64,000 bases of DNA from Candidatus Cloacimonadota bacterium. Its GTDB lineage: Bacteria > Cloacimonadota > Cloacimonadia > JGIOTU-2. The DNA lies in contig JAUWMT010000006.1 in NCBI GenBank assembly GCA_030613025.1, positions 4,512 to 68,511 of the forward strand, given 5' to 3'. Within the stretch, counting starts at the first letter, position 1. Each line of letters begins with the position of its first letter. Position numbers and translations under genes: made by a program. The notes beneath the pieces were generated by a model. The model was not told the DNA's origin. It did not search any database and saw nothing but the letters and a program-made list of their open reading frames with translations. Positions 10,574 to 18,795 of the stretch are shown piece by piece.

Positions 10574-11056
10574 TCATTCCTCGGGATGAAGAACGAATCG
10601 CGGGAGTGCCATGATTTGGGTCTCTAAAATACCTCCGTACTCTTTTGTACTCACATTCTGCACCTCATAACTTGCTGAAAAATGTTCCTCTTCTTGCAAG
10701 AGTGCAGTCAGTGTTTTTTCAACTGCATGAGCATAAATAGGTTTTGTAAGATATCCTGCAGGATTTGTTAGTTTGGCTTCTTCAATAGTGTCTTCGTCAG
10801 TGTATGCAGAAACGAACACAACAGGCACATCTTTCTCAGTGCGGATCTGTCTTGCAGCTTCGATGCCATCGATCTGTCCACTCAGGTTGATATCCATGAA
10901 TATGAGATCTGGCTCAAAGGACTTCGAGAGTTCGACAGCATGTTCCCCGCTGGAAACAGAAGTGCATTCATATTTTCCGAGACGCTGTATCAGATTTTTC
11001 AAGTGCAGTGCAATAATAACTTCATCTTCAACGATCAATATTTTTTGCTTTTTCAT
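10574..11056 (-). CDS. stand-alone response-regulator receiver (CheY-like) protein with a short C-terminal tail
   Basis: KILIVEDEVIIA...DLIFMDINLSG.IDG...VPVVFVSAY...GYLTKP are the canonical receiver-domain motifs. The likely start is MKKQKILIVEDE at 11056, not the longer track ORF start at 11131. Confidence 0.8.
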   Translation of the reverse strand: MKKQKILIVEDEVIIALHLKNLIQRLGKYECTSVSSGEHAVELSKSFEPDLIFMDINLSGQIDGIEAARQIRTEKDVPVVFVSAYTDEDTIEEAKLTNPAGYLTKPIYAHAVEKTLTALLQEEEHFSASYEVQNVSTKEYGGILETQIMALPRFVLHPEE

Positions 11057-11078
11057 AAAAATCAGATGTTTTGTATTC

Positions 11079-11189
11079 TCACGCTTTTCCTTCGGCTGAT
11101 TTCTTTTCATGCCCCAGGAATACTTTTCCATCTGAGATTATTACTACATACTCTCCGCCGTTGCCATCATAAATTCTTTTAATAGTCAT
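11079..11189 (-). CDS. 36-aa small ORF (MTIKRIYDGNGGEYVVIISDGKVFLGHEKKSAEGKA), PepSY-like fragment family
   Basis: A strong Shine-Dalgarno precedes it (aaaggagaacaacaATG). It resembles the C-terminus of the adjacent 94-aa protein (GPNGEEYIIIIVNGVIH). Degenerate copies lie at about 17140-17199 and about 11636-11690. It is below the ORF-track length cutoff. Confidence 0.35.
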   Translation of the reverse strand: MTIKRIYDGNGGEYVVIISDGKVFLGHEKKSAEGKA

Positions 11190-11207
11190 TGTTGTTCTCC
11201 TTTCTTA

Positions 11208-11492
11208 TTATACTTTCATGATGTGTATAACACCATTAACTATAATAATAATGTACTCTTCACCATTTGGTCCTACGATGACCGCTTTATAGATAATTTC
11301 ATCGCCACTTTGCAGGGAGAGATCTGTTATAAGAGGATAATCTACATTGTCATCTAAATATTGTGCGATGATCTCTGCATCTTCCGGCTGGCATAAAGCC
11401 AGTAATTCGTTTCCTGTCATTGCATAGGCAATTGTATTGCCGATTAACATAATGATGATAACTCCAATTAGAGTTAATGTTTTCTTTTTCAT
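11208..11492 (-). CDS. small secreted/membrane-anchored protein (PepSY-like C-terminus), function unknown
   Basis: 94-aa ORF with an N-terminal hydrophobic signal/anchor (LTLIGVIIIMLIGNTIAYA), an SD-like gaaagg upstream and a promoter-like sequence in the upstream repeat. Confidence 0.6.
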   Translation of the reverse strand: MKKKTLTLIGVIIIMLIGNTIAYAMTGNELLALCQPEDAEIIAQYLDDNVDYPLITDLSLQSGDEIIYKAVIVGPNGEEYIIIIVNGVIHIMKV

Positions 11493-11504
11493 TGTAACCG
11501 CCTT

Positions 11505-11640
11505 TCAAGGTATTTATATATATATCATGAAAAGTGCCAAATTGTGACGCCATAAGACGAAAAAAATTAAAAAAGTGAAAAAAAGTTTAAAATGATTGGT
11601 CTAAATTCTCATAAATTCCCAATAATTTACTCTTTGTGTC
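11505..11640. repeat. copy A of a ~130-bp promoter-bearing intergenic repeat
   Basis: About 79 nt (ttatatatatatcatgaaaagtgccaaattgtgacgccataagacgaaaaaaattaaaaaagtgaaaaaaagtttaaaa) are identical to 16997-17076. The next ~45 nt are similar. A third, diverged copy lies at 17405-17467. Confidence 0.85.
11513..11540 (-). promoter_or_regulatory. sigma70-like promoter candidate (TTGGCA-N16-TATAAA) for the 94-aa gene
   Basis: The minus strand reads TTGGCA (11540-11535), a 16-nt spacer, then TATAAA (11518-11513). This lies about 20 nt upstream of the ATG at 11492. The same sequence is preserved in the repeat copy at about 17000-17030. Confidence 0.3.
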
Positions 11641-11749
11641 CGAGAAATACTTCTATTCACTCATTCCTAAGTTGTACTTGGAGACGAAGCATATAATATA
11701 TACGCGTGTTGTTTATACAAGGTACGGGCAAAGGCAAAATGTTGAAGCG

Positions 11750-14017
11750 TTAGCGAAGGCGAACCACCTTCCCAACAAATCCATCTTCATCATCTATTTT
11801 ATAAAAATACACGCCCGTGCCAACTTCTTTCCCCTTTTCATCTCTCCCATCCCAAACCGCACTAAATCCCAAATCCCCTGTCACGCCGTAGTCTTTACGA
11901 AGGCGGAGAAATCCGAATTCTCTCACAAGTTGTCCTTTTACATTATAGATTTTAATTTGTGAAGATCCGTGTGGATTTATTTTTCCCGCAAACGAAATGG
12001 TGGTTGAGGTTGAGAAGGGGTTGGGATAGCTGGTGAGATAGTGCTCATTAGCTTCCGGTTCGTCATCGATTCCATAACTGTAGCTAAATTCATACACTCC
12101 AATACTCGATTGCTCTGTTACAAAAAGATAATGCGTGTCTCCTACATCATAGAAATCAAAACCATACATCATAAAAAGTCCTTCAAAATAATCTATATGT
12201 TGTAATGTATCTCCATTACACTCATCCAGATCATATACAAAAGACAAATTATGGGTCTTTGTAAAAAGAAGATTGTCATAAACATTTGGCCATGAATTTG
12301 TAGAAGGTCTATCCAGAATGCACGCCAGTTCAGGATTTAAAGGATCATCAAGTGAATATAATTTAGTGTTTTCGATAAATGACGAAGACCGCAAGCAAAG
12401 GTATTCACCACATCGTCTTAAAAATGGCGTATAATCCACAAATTGTGTAAAATTGTTAATTGTATTTACTATCTCCGGTTCATTGTTATATAATCCACCG
12501 ACCACATATAAATGCTGAGGATATGTATAGGGGGTAAATATATAACCAAATCCATCTCGTACAATAAAATCGCTATTTGTATTTATTATGTTGTAAGTAA
12601 AGAGAATAGGACAATCACCCGGTTCTGAAATATCGCACTTAATAATATTTCCATTTGTTTCATTAAATAGATACATCACTTGTGGCTCTGAATCATCAAA
12701 GTGTATTGTGCTGTAACACCATTCTATAAAAGTAAGATAATCAATAGTATTTCGTAAAATTGGATTAGTAGGATCGGTTATGTTGTATATCTTAATAATA
12801 ATTTCATCATAATCATATACTACAATAAGTGAATCGTATCCAACAAGGGATCTTAATGGAGCATTATTTAAGCACGTTGGCAACTCTATTGGTTGGAATG
12901 GATCCGTAATATCAAATAAATATATACCTTGTGAACTTTGAAGAAAAAGATAATTTGAAAATATATGAGATGATAATAAGGATGGGTATTCATAATAATT
13001 CTCAACGAATGATATTTCTTCATTTTCCAGATAATATATTCCTATGCCAGACATCCCTGCACCAATGTAAATATATTCATTGTTATTAACAATATAGTAT
13101 TCAACGTCACTATCATTATCGAATTCGCAAAAATAGAGTGATTGCGGATTATGTATGTCGGTAATATCGATTAATTCAAGCCCATCAAATCGAGAGAGTA
13201 TGATATAATTCTCATACATTGAGAAATTTGTGCCAATTTGAAGATGCACATCAGGCACATAATGACTGACATATTCCCACTGTCCGGGATTGCTTATATT
13301 CCAAAAAGATACTGCCGTTTGTCCTGATACACAAATTATTGTATCGTTTATGCTTTTAAATTGCTTTGGGCTATATCCGCCATGAACATAATACATATTG
13401 ACAGTTGTCATATACTGAAGGTTTGTAATATCTGTGTTATCATATAGATCAAAGATGCTTGCTTCAATGAAATTAATACACAGTGTGTCATTTAGAGGTT
13501 GTAAATACATATTCCACTCTTCGATTATTCCATAAAGCCCTAGTTCCGGTAATGTATAAATATAATCAGCACCCCAATGTGTTTCTGCGATAAAATAATT
13601 ACCTACTATTTGGGGGATTATAGCTTCAGAGAAATTGTCATATTCTAAAGTCTGTGTTATAGATGGATTATACTTATCGCTCACATCAACTTGATATACA
13701 TATAATGGGGCAGGATCAAAATGTGATATCGCGATTGAGCCAACATATAGGAAATTATCCCTTTTTACAAATTCCCAAGACTTCTTTATTGGCAGCTCTG
13801 ATATTTTTTGTAATTGTCCGTTGTTCTGTATCTCATATATCTCAAGTCCATAGCTTGTGAGTGCATACAGATAGGGTGGTTCTACAACCATTGTGGTATT
13901 TGAAAAATAATTCTGGCAGAAGGCAAAAGTGTTTACCTTTTCTATACTAAAATCTATTGAAGCAGAGAGGGATGAAGTGAGACTAAGAAATAAAATTATG
14001 AATATAAATTTTTTCAT
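11750..14017 (-). CDS. secreted LVIVD-repeat-like beta-propeller protein with T9SS C-terminal sorting domain
   Basis: 755-aa ORF with a signal peptide. It has recurring motifs of the LVIVD type: GLEIYEI, GLELIDITDIHNPQ, GIYLFDITDPFQP, IKIYNITDPTNP and YSLDDPLNPE. The tail is YPNPFSTSTTISFAGKINPHGSSQIKIYNVKGQLV...GVYFYKI...VRLR. Confidence 0.85.
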   Translation of the reverse strand: MKKFIFIILFLSLTSSLSASIDFSIEKVNTFAFCQNYFSNTTMVVEPPYLYALTSYGLEIYEIQNNGQLQKISELPIKKSWEFVKRDNFLYVGSIAISHFDPAPLYVYQVDVSDKYNPSITQTLEYDNFSEAIIPQIVGNYFIAETHWGADYIYTLPELGLYGIIEEWNMYLQPLNDTLCINFIEASIFDLYDNTDITNLQYMTTVNMYYVHGGYSPKQFKSINDTIICVSGQTAVSFWNISNPGQWEYVSHYVPDVHLQIGTNFSMYENYIILSRFDGLELIDITDIHNPQSLYFCEFDNDSDVEYYIVNNNEYIYIGAGMSGIGIYYLENEEISFVENYYEYPSLLSSHIFSNYLFLQSSQGIYLFDITDPFQPIELPTCLNNAPLRSLVGYDSLIVVYDYDEIIIKIYNITDPTNPILRNTIDYLTFIEWCYSTIHFDDSEPQVMYLFNETNGNIIKCDISEPGDCPILFTYNIINTNSDFIVRDGFGYIFTPYTYPQHLYVVGGLYNNEPEIVNTINNFTQFVDYTPFLRRCGEYLCLRSSSFIENTKLYSLDDPLNPELACILDRPSTNSWPNVYDNLLFTKTHNLSFVYDLDECNGDTLQHIDYFEGLFMMYGFDFYDVGDTHYLFVTEQSSIGVYEFSYSYGIDDEPEANEHYLTSYPNPFSTSTTISFAGKINPHGSSQIKIYNVKGQLVREFGFLRLRKDYGVTGDLGFSAVWDGRDEKGKEVGTGVYFYKIDDEDGFVGKVVRLR

Positions 14018-14035
14018 GATTATCCTTTCAATCCC

Positions 14036-16288
14036 TTATTGCAGTTTTACTAATTTTCCTGCATAATCATCTTTGTTGCTGATCTTATACAAATACACAC
14101 CAGCACACACGTCTTTCCCGTTCTCATCTTTTCCATCCCAAACCACTCCTTCAATTTTTAATTTTAAATTTTGAATTTTTAATTCCCTGACGAGTTGTCC
14201 TTTTACATTATAGATTTTAATTTGTGAAGATTCGTGTGGATTTATTTTTCCCGCAAACGAAATTATAGTTGAGGTGGAGAAGGGGTTGGGGCTGCAGGTA
14301 ATCATTGTTGAATTTTGGGCCGGTTCATCATCTACTCCGTAACCTAGAATCTCATATATTGAAAACGCTGTACTTTGAAAATGATAGAGGTATTTATTCC
14401 CATTACTTTCATCAATTACACAATACAGAGATCGACCATAGTCCTGATAATCTGCTATTGGTTCTGTCAGGCCTGATGCAGTTTCCAAATCATAGATATC
14501 AATATGTGAAAACACTCCACTCGTGAAAAGATAATTTTCATCAATACAAAAATAACTATGGCACCTGTGATGTGTACTAAATTTGTAACTAATTTCTGTA
14601 GGATTCCCAATTTCAAAGAATCTCACCGAATCCCGAACATCCTCCCATGCACCAAGATAAAATATATTACCGCAGTTTTGTATAAAAGCATTTGGAGGAT
14701 CCATGTAACCTTCAGCGAAATCCTCAATAGTCATAATAAGCTCGGGATTATTGTCTTCGATACCTCCATAAATTTGCATATCTGGTCCATTTGGGTTATC
14801 ACCTGCTAAATAATAGAAATGATCATTATAAATGAATCCTTTTCCATCACAATTGAAATCGTATTGAAAATCAAGTGTATGATTGCCCGGTTCTGGTATA
14901 CTATACTTGTACAATCTATCGTCGGGATTATCTTCTTTGTAAAACAAAAAATCTGAAGTATTAGTAAGTAAAATCGTTCCGCTTGAAGGTGGTATATTTA
15001 TTTCATTACGAATAATCGGCTCTTCGGGATTTGAAAGATCGAGTACGATAATTGTATAGTCAGTATAATCTATAAAAAACAACAGGTTGCCAACACTTTG
15101 TAATGAAGATAAAGGGTGGTCTTCAAAAATTGTATTAACATGATAAACATTTGGAAGTGATGAAACATTATATATCTTCAATCCATTACGAAAAGACACA
15201 TATAAATAATTATTATGAACAATGCCACCCTTTTGTTGATAATTTTCATATATATCAAATTGCTCTTCAAAATAACCGTTATCAAAAACAAATTGATGCA
15301 TCTGATGATAATTACCCAGGAATACAGAATTTCCTATTCCGTCTATATCATTACATGTCGAACAATCACAATATGATAGAGACATTTCATCAACTATATA
15401 AGGCGAATAGATATCTGATATATCAATGGATTTTACACCAGGATAACCAGAACCAGAAGTAGGTATGTAAATAACAAATACAAAATCACCAAATGTATAA
15501 AGATACCTTCCCCAGTCTTCATCTGAGGGTGAATAGACCGTTGAGAGATATTGCCAGTTTCTATTGTCTGAATAATTCCAGAAAGCAATTCCTTCAAAAC
15601 CAAGACATGCAAGTATCGAATCATTCACCGGCTGTATATGGTCGATAGGAATTCCTCCAGCACTAAAGTCAACTTGTCCGATCTCAGTAATATTTTCAAG
15701 ATCACTAAAGTCATAGAGAGTGAATATGTTTCCACTGTATCGCTTTAGAGCCAAAGAATCAGTTAATTTCCAGAAAACATAATTACAATAATAATTCTGT
15801 ACAAATTCAAGTTCAGGTATTCTATAAATGCTGTAATAGAAGTTGTATCCTTCATCCCAATTTTTAAGAATAATAAAATCGTTGTATATATCTCCTTGTG
15901 CATATCCATTTTCATTATCTGTATAAATGCTATCTGTAACATAAGGGTTATTAACATCGGTTATATTAATTTTATATAACATTGTATGATCTTCATACCA
16001 TGATATTGCTTGGACATAGGCATAATCGTCTTTTACTTCAGCAACTCGAGTATCATCTTTCAAGGGCAACCTGCTTATCAATTGCGCAGGTGTGTTTGGT
16101 TCAACCTCATATATCTCGAGTCCATAGCTCGAAGCAGCAAATAGATATTGTTCATGTACACAGAGATAATCCTTTTCAAAATACCCTCCGCTTGTAGGAT
16201 ACTCAACGAGCTTTTCGAGTGTTACATCGGAATAACAGATACTAAACAAAACAATCATAATTGAAGATATTAATATTCTCTTTTTCAT
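14036..16288 (-). CDS. secreted LVIVD-repeat-like beta-propeller protein with T9SS C-terminal sorting domain (paralog of 11750..14017)
   Basis: 750-aa ORF with a signal peptide and the same repeat style (GLEIYEVEPNTP, VKSIDISDIYSP, LKIYNVSSLPN, IIVLDLSNPEEP). Its tail SPNPFSTSTIISFAGKINPHESSQIKIYNVKGQLV is nearly identical to that of the neighbour. Confidence 0.85.
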   Translation of the reverse strand: MKKRILISSIMIVLFSICYSDVTLEKLVEYPTSGGYFEKDYLCVHEQYLFAASSYGLEIYEVEPNTPAQLISRLPLKDDTRVAEVKDDYAYVQAISWYEDHTMLYKINITDVNNPYVTDSIYTDNENGYAQGDIYNDFIILKNWDEGYNFYYSIYRIPELEFVQNYYCNYVFWKLTDSLALKRYSGNIFTLYDFSDLENITEIGQVDFSAGGIPIDHIQPVNDSILACLGFEGIAFWNYSDNRNWQYLSTVYSPSDEDWGRYLYTFGDFVFVIYIPTSGSGYPGVKSIDISDIYSPYIVDEMSLSYCDCSTCNDIDGIGNSVFLGNYHQMHQFVFDNGYFEEQFDIYENYQQKGGIVHNNYLYVSFRNGLKIYNVSSLPNVYHVNTIFEDHPLSSLQSVGNLLFFIDYTDYTIIVLDLSNPEEPIIRNEINIPPSSGTILLTNTSDFLFYKEDNPDDRLYKYSIPEPGNHTLDFQYDFNCDGKGFIYNDHFYYLAGDNPNGPDMQIYGGIEDNNPELIMTIEDFAEGYMDPPNAFIQNCGNIFYLGAWEDVRDSVRFFEIGNPTEISYKFSTHHRCHSYFCIDENYLFTSGVFSHIDIYDLETASGLTEPIADYQDYGRSLYCVIDESNGNKYLYHFQSTAFSIYEILGYGVDDEPAQNSTMITCSPNPFSTSTIISFAGKINPHESSQIKIYNVKGQLVRELKIQNLKLKIEGVVWDGKDENGKDVCAGVYLYKISNKDDYAGKLVKLQ

Positions 16289-16291
16289 TTA

Positions 16292-16612
16292 TCACTCTTC
16301 GGGATCTTCGTCACCAGGAATGATTATTGTAATTTCTATGTCATAATTACCGGACCATGGGAATGTACCTGATTTATGTAAATCACCTAACACCCATACT
16401 TCATAATCACAAAATGCCCATTCATTTTTTATTTCATTCCAATTACCTGTATGTATCTCAGGTGTGAAACCCTCAACATCAAGTGTCCATTCCAGTTGAT
16501 CTTGTGCCCATACCCAAACATGAAGATCGGGTGTAGGTTCATCGCCGGCAAATAAATTCCCGACAATGAGAATTGTTGCTAAGATTGCTATTAGTGCAAT
16601 TTTTTTAATCAT
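16292..16612 (-). CDS. small secreted protein, function unknown
   Basis: 106-aa ORF with a signal peptide (MIKKIALIAILATILIVGNLFAG). It ends 4 nt before the start of the downstream LVIVD gene, so the two are probably co-transcribed. Confidence 0.6.
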   Translation of the reverse strand: MIKKIALIAILATILIVGNLFAGDEPTPDLHVWVWAQDQLEWTLDVEGFTPEIHTGNWNEIKNEWAFCDYEVWVLGDLHKSGTFPWSGNYDIEITIIIPGDEDPEE

Positions 16613-16996
16613 TTTTCTTTCCTCTTTTATTTTTTTTTACCCGTCTTATTTTCCTGTTATCGGGAAACCAACAGTTCCTTCTCTATATCTACCCCTCTAC
16701 TATGGAAGGTGAAAGTAGAGAGGCATCTCCGAATGAATTTATTCTTACCGGTATTAATATCGAGGGAAACGATATATCTTTCACTTCTATTATTTATTTT
16801 TGTTATTAAGTCAGCACCTAAAATAAACCAATTACATGCAATATGTAACTGCACAATAATGTAAAAAACAATTTTAATGGCAATAATTCTATCAAATAAC
16901 ACGTCAATACCTAACTATAACTTACAAAATATAAAACTATACATCAGCCAGTAGGCAGACAAGTTCTTTCATTTTTACACCTTTCAAAACTATCTC

Positions 16997-17130
16997 TTTA
17001 TATATATATCATGAAAAGTGCCAAATTGTGACGCCATAAGACGAAAAAAATTAAAAAAGTGAAAAAAAGTTTAAAAATATTGGTCTAAATCTTCATAAAT
17101 TCCCAATAATTTTCTTTTTATGCCCGGGGA
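16997..17130. repeat. copy B of the ~130-bp promoter-bearing repeat
   Basis: See copy A. On the minus strand it is followed by a decayed start of the 94-aa gene (gaaaggtgtaaaaATGaaagaacttgtc...tag) and preceded by a decayed copy of the 36-aa ORF (MTIKRISGRSGVKYIVIIF*). Confidence 0.85.
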
Positions 17131-17467
17131 ATATTTTTCCTAAAAGATTATTACGATGTACTTTACCCCGCTTCTGCCAGAAATTCTTTTAATGGTCATG
17201 TCGTTTTAATAACCGATTTATTGTAATTACTATTATCGTTGAGATATTTACTAAATATTGACAGTTATTTTTGGTTTTAGTTGCTACACATAAAACTTTA
17301 AATTCATTACCTAGTAATTCAAAAATAAGTAACGTACGATAACGCAAGAATGAGAACAGACAAAGAGGTCTTTTTTTATTGATCAACATGAACGCTTTTC
17401 AGGTTATTTACTTATATCATGAAAAGTACTGTTTTGTGATTCCATTAGACAAAAGAAATTAAAAATT

Positions 17468-18439
17468 ATGAAAAAAAATGAGGATGAACTATTAAAAAAT
17501 CTTCACGAGCTTTCATACAATTATGCCTTATACAAAGTTAAGAGTCTTGAGGTGGCAGAAGATATCGCATCGCAAACAATCTATTCTTATTTATTAAAAC
17601 GGGACCGCATTCCTTCTGAAAATCATGAGGGATGGATCATAAATACAAGTAAAAATTATTGCAGCCAGTATTTCGATCTTATAAAACATGAAAGAGAATT
17701 ACACAGCTCATTAAAAAGGAATATTGCTGATGAATTGCATCATAAGATCAACAATAGCTTGGATTTTCTCGAACAGGAAAAATTAACATTATCCGGTGCG
17801 GTTGATGACGTCAAGGATGCACTATCCGAAAATGAGCTTGAAACATATATTTTTTATCTTCAATGTGACAGAAATATCCAGGAAATGCAGAAAATATCAG
17901 GAGAATCTTATTCTGCGCTCAGGCAAAAAGTATCTCGAATAAACAGAAAAATAAAGGCAGAGACTTTTCGAAAGTTAGGAGTTATTGCTACTAAAAAGAT
18001 TATTACACCTCAGATAAATAATATCATTACGAAATTTCTTCTAAGATTCAAGGATAATCTCGAAAATAATACGCTTGAAAAAATGTATGTTTATTTCACA
18101 AAAGAAGATTTGCAAAGATATAATCCGGATTTTCATATAGCGGAAGTCCTTGATTTTGAAGTGCTTTATAAAGATAACAATTATTCAATACACGTAGTAT
18201 TTAAGAATAAACAAGGAAATAATGAATCCTTTTATTTTTCATTTCTCGTTGTTAATAATTATTTGAAAATTGTAGTACCACCTACCCCACATAAAACACA
18301 TTACCAGATTAGCGAGGAAGAGGGGAAAAGGATATTGGAATTATTAGAGAAATTTCCTGAAGATAGTAGCGGAGTTCACTCATTTCCAGAAGATGAACTA
18401 CAATTATTAAAGAAACTTTTAGGAGAAGAGGATGAATGA
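17468..18439 (+). CDS. ECF-type sigma-70 family protein with ~160-aa C-terminal extension
   Basis: The region 2-like segment is VAEDIASQTIYSYLL...EGWIINTSKNYCSQYFDLIKHERE. The region 4.2-like HTH is LSENELETYIFYLQCDRNIQEMQKISGESYSALRQKVSRINRKIK. About 160 residues follow with no motif I recognise. Confidence 0.6.
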   Translation: MKKNEDELLKNLHELSYNYALYKVKSLEVAEDIASQTIYSYLLKRDRIPSENHEGWIINTSKNYCSQYFDLIKHERELHSSLKRNIADELHHKINNSLDFLEQEKLTLSGAVDDVKDALSENELETYIFYLQCDRNIQEMQKISGESYSALRQKVSRINRKIKAETFRKLGVIATKKIITPQINNIITKFLLRFKDNLENNTLEKMYVYFTKEDLQRYNPDFHIAEVLDFEVLYKDNNYSIHVVFKNKQGNNESFYFSFLVVNNYLKIVVPPTPHKTHYQISEEEGKRILELLEKFPEDSSGVHSFPEDELQLLKKLLGEEDE

Positions 18440-18795
18440 GTAATTTCTAATTACAAATATCTAATTTCTAATGATCCGCCAGTCGGCGAACAAATGACAT
18501 TACTTGTCTGCCCACTGGCTGATTCCAAATAAATAGAGATTCGATTTAGAGGAAAGAACCACAAAATTTGGTGAGGATATTATCGAATTTAAAAAATATT
18601 ATGAACCACGAAATACACCCGTCTCCATTACATTACGCCGAGGCAGGCGAAAAACGAGAAAAAATTAATATGAAGCTTTATAGAATATTTTTCTTAAAAA
18701 CCATTTTCGTGCTTTTAGTGCCTTTCGTGGTTAAAAGTATTTATTCTAAAGAATCAATAAATTGGTTGAGAATTATTTCAAAAGCAGTTCTAAAA

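Noticed and set aside
11534-11540. Sigma-54 promoter (TGGCAC) inside the reiterated intergenic module
   Set aside because: The -24 like TGGCAC is followed by TTTTCATGAT, so the obligatory -12 GC element at the correct spacing is missing. The same bases fit a sigma70-type TTGGCA -35 better.
16657-17389. ORFs 16657..16902 (81 aa) and 17189..17389 (66 aa) as genes
   Set aside because: No motifs and odd composition. They fall within the repeat and decayed-module region. The 66-aa ORF occupies the slot of the 94-aa gene behind repeat copy C but shares no sequence with it, so it stays unresolved rather than called.
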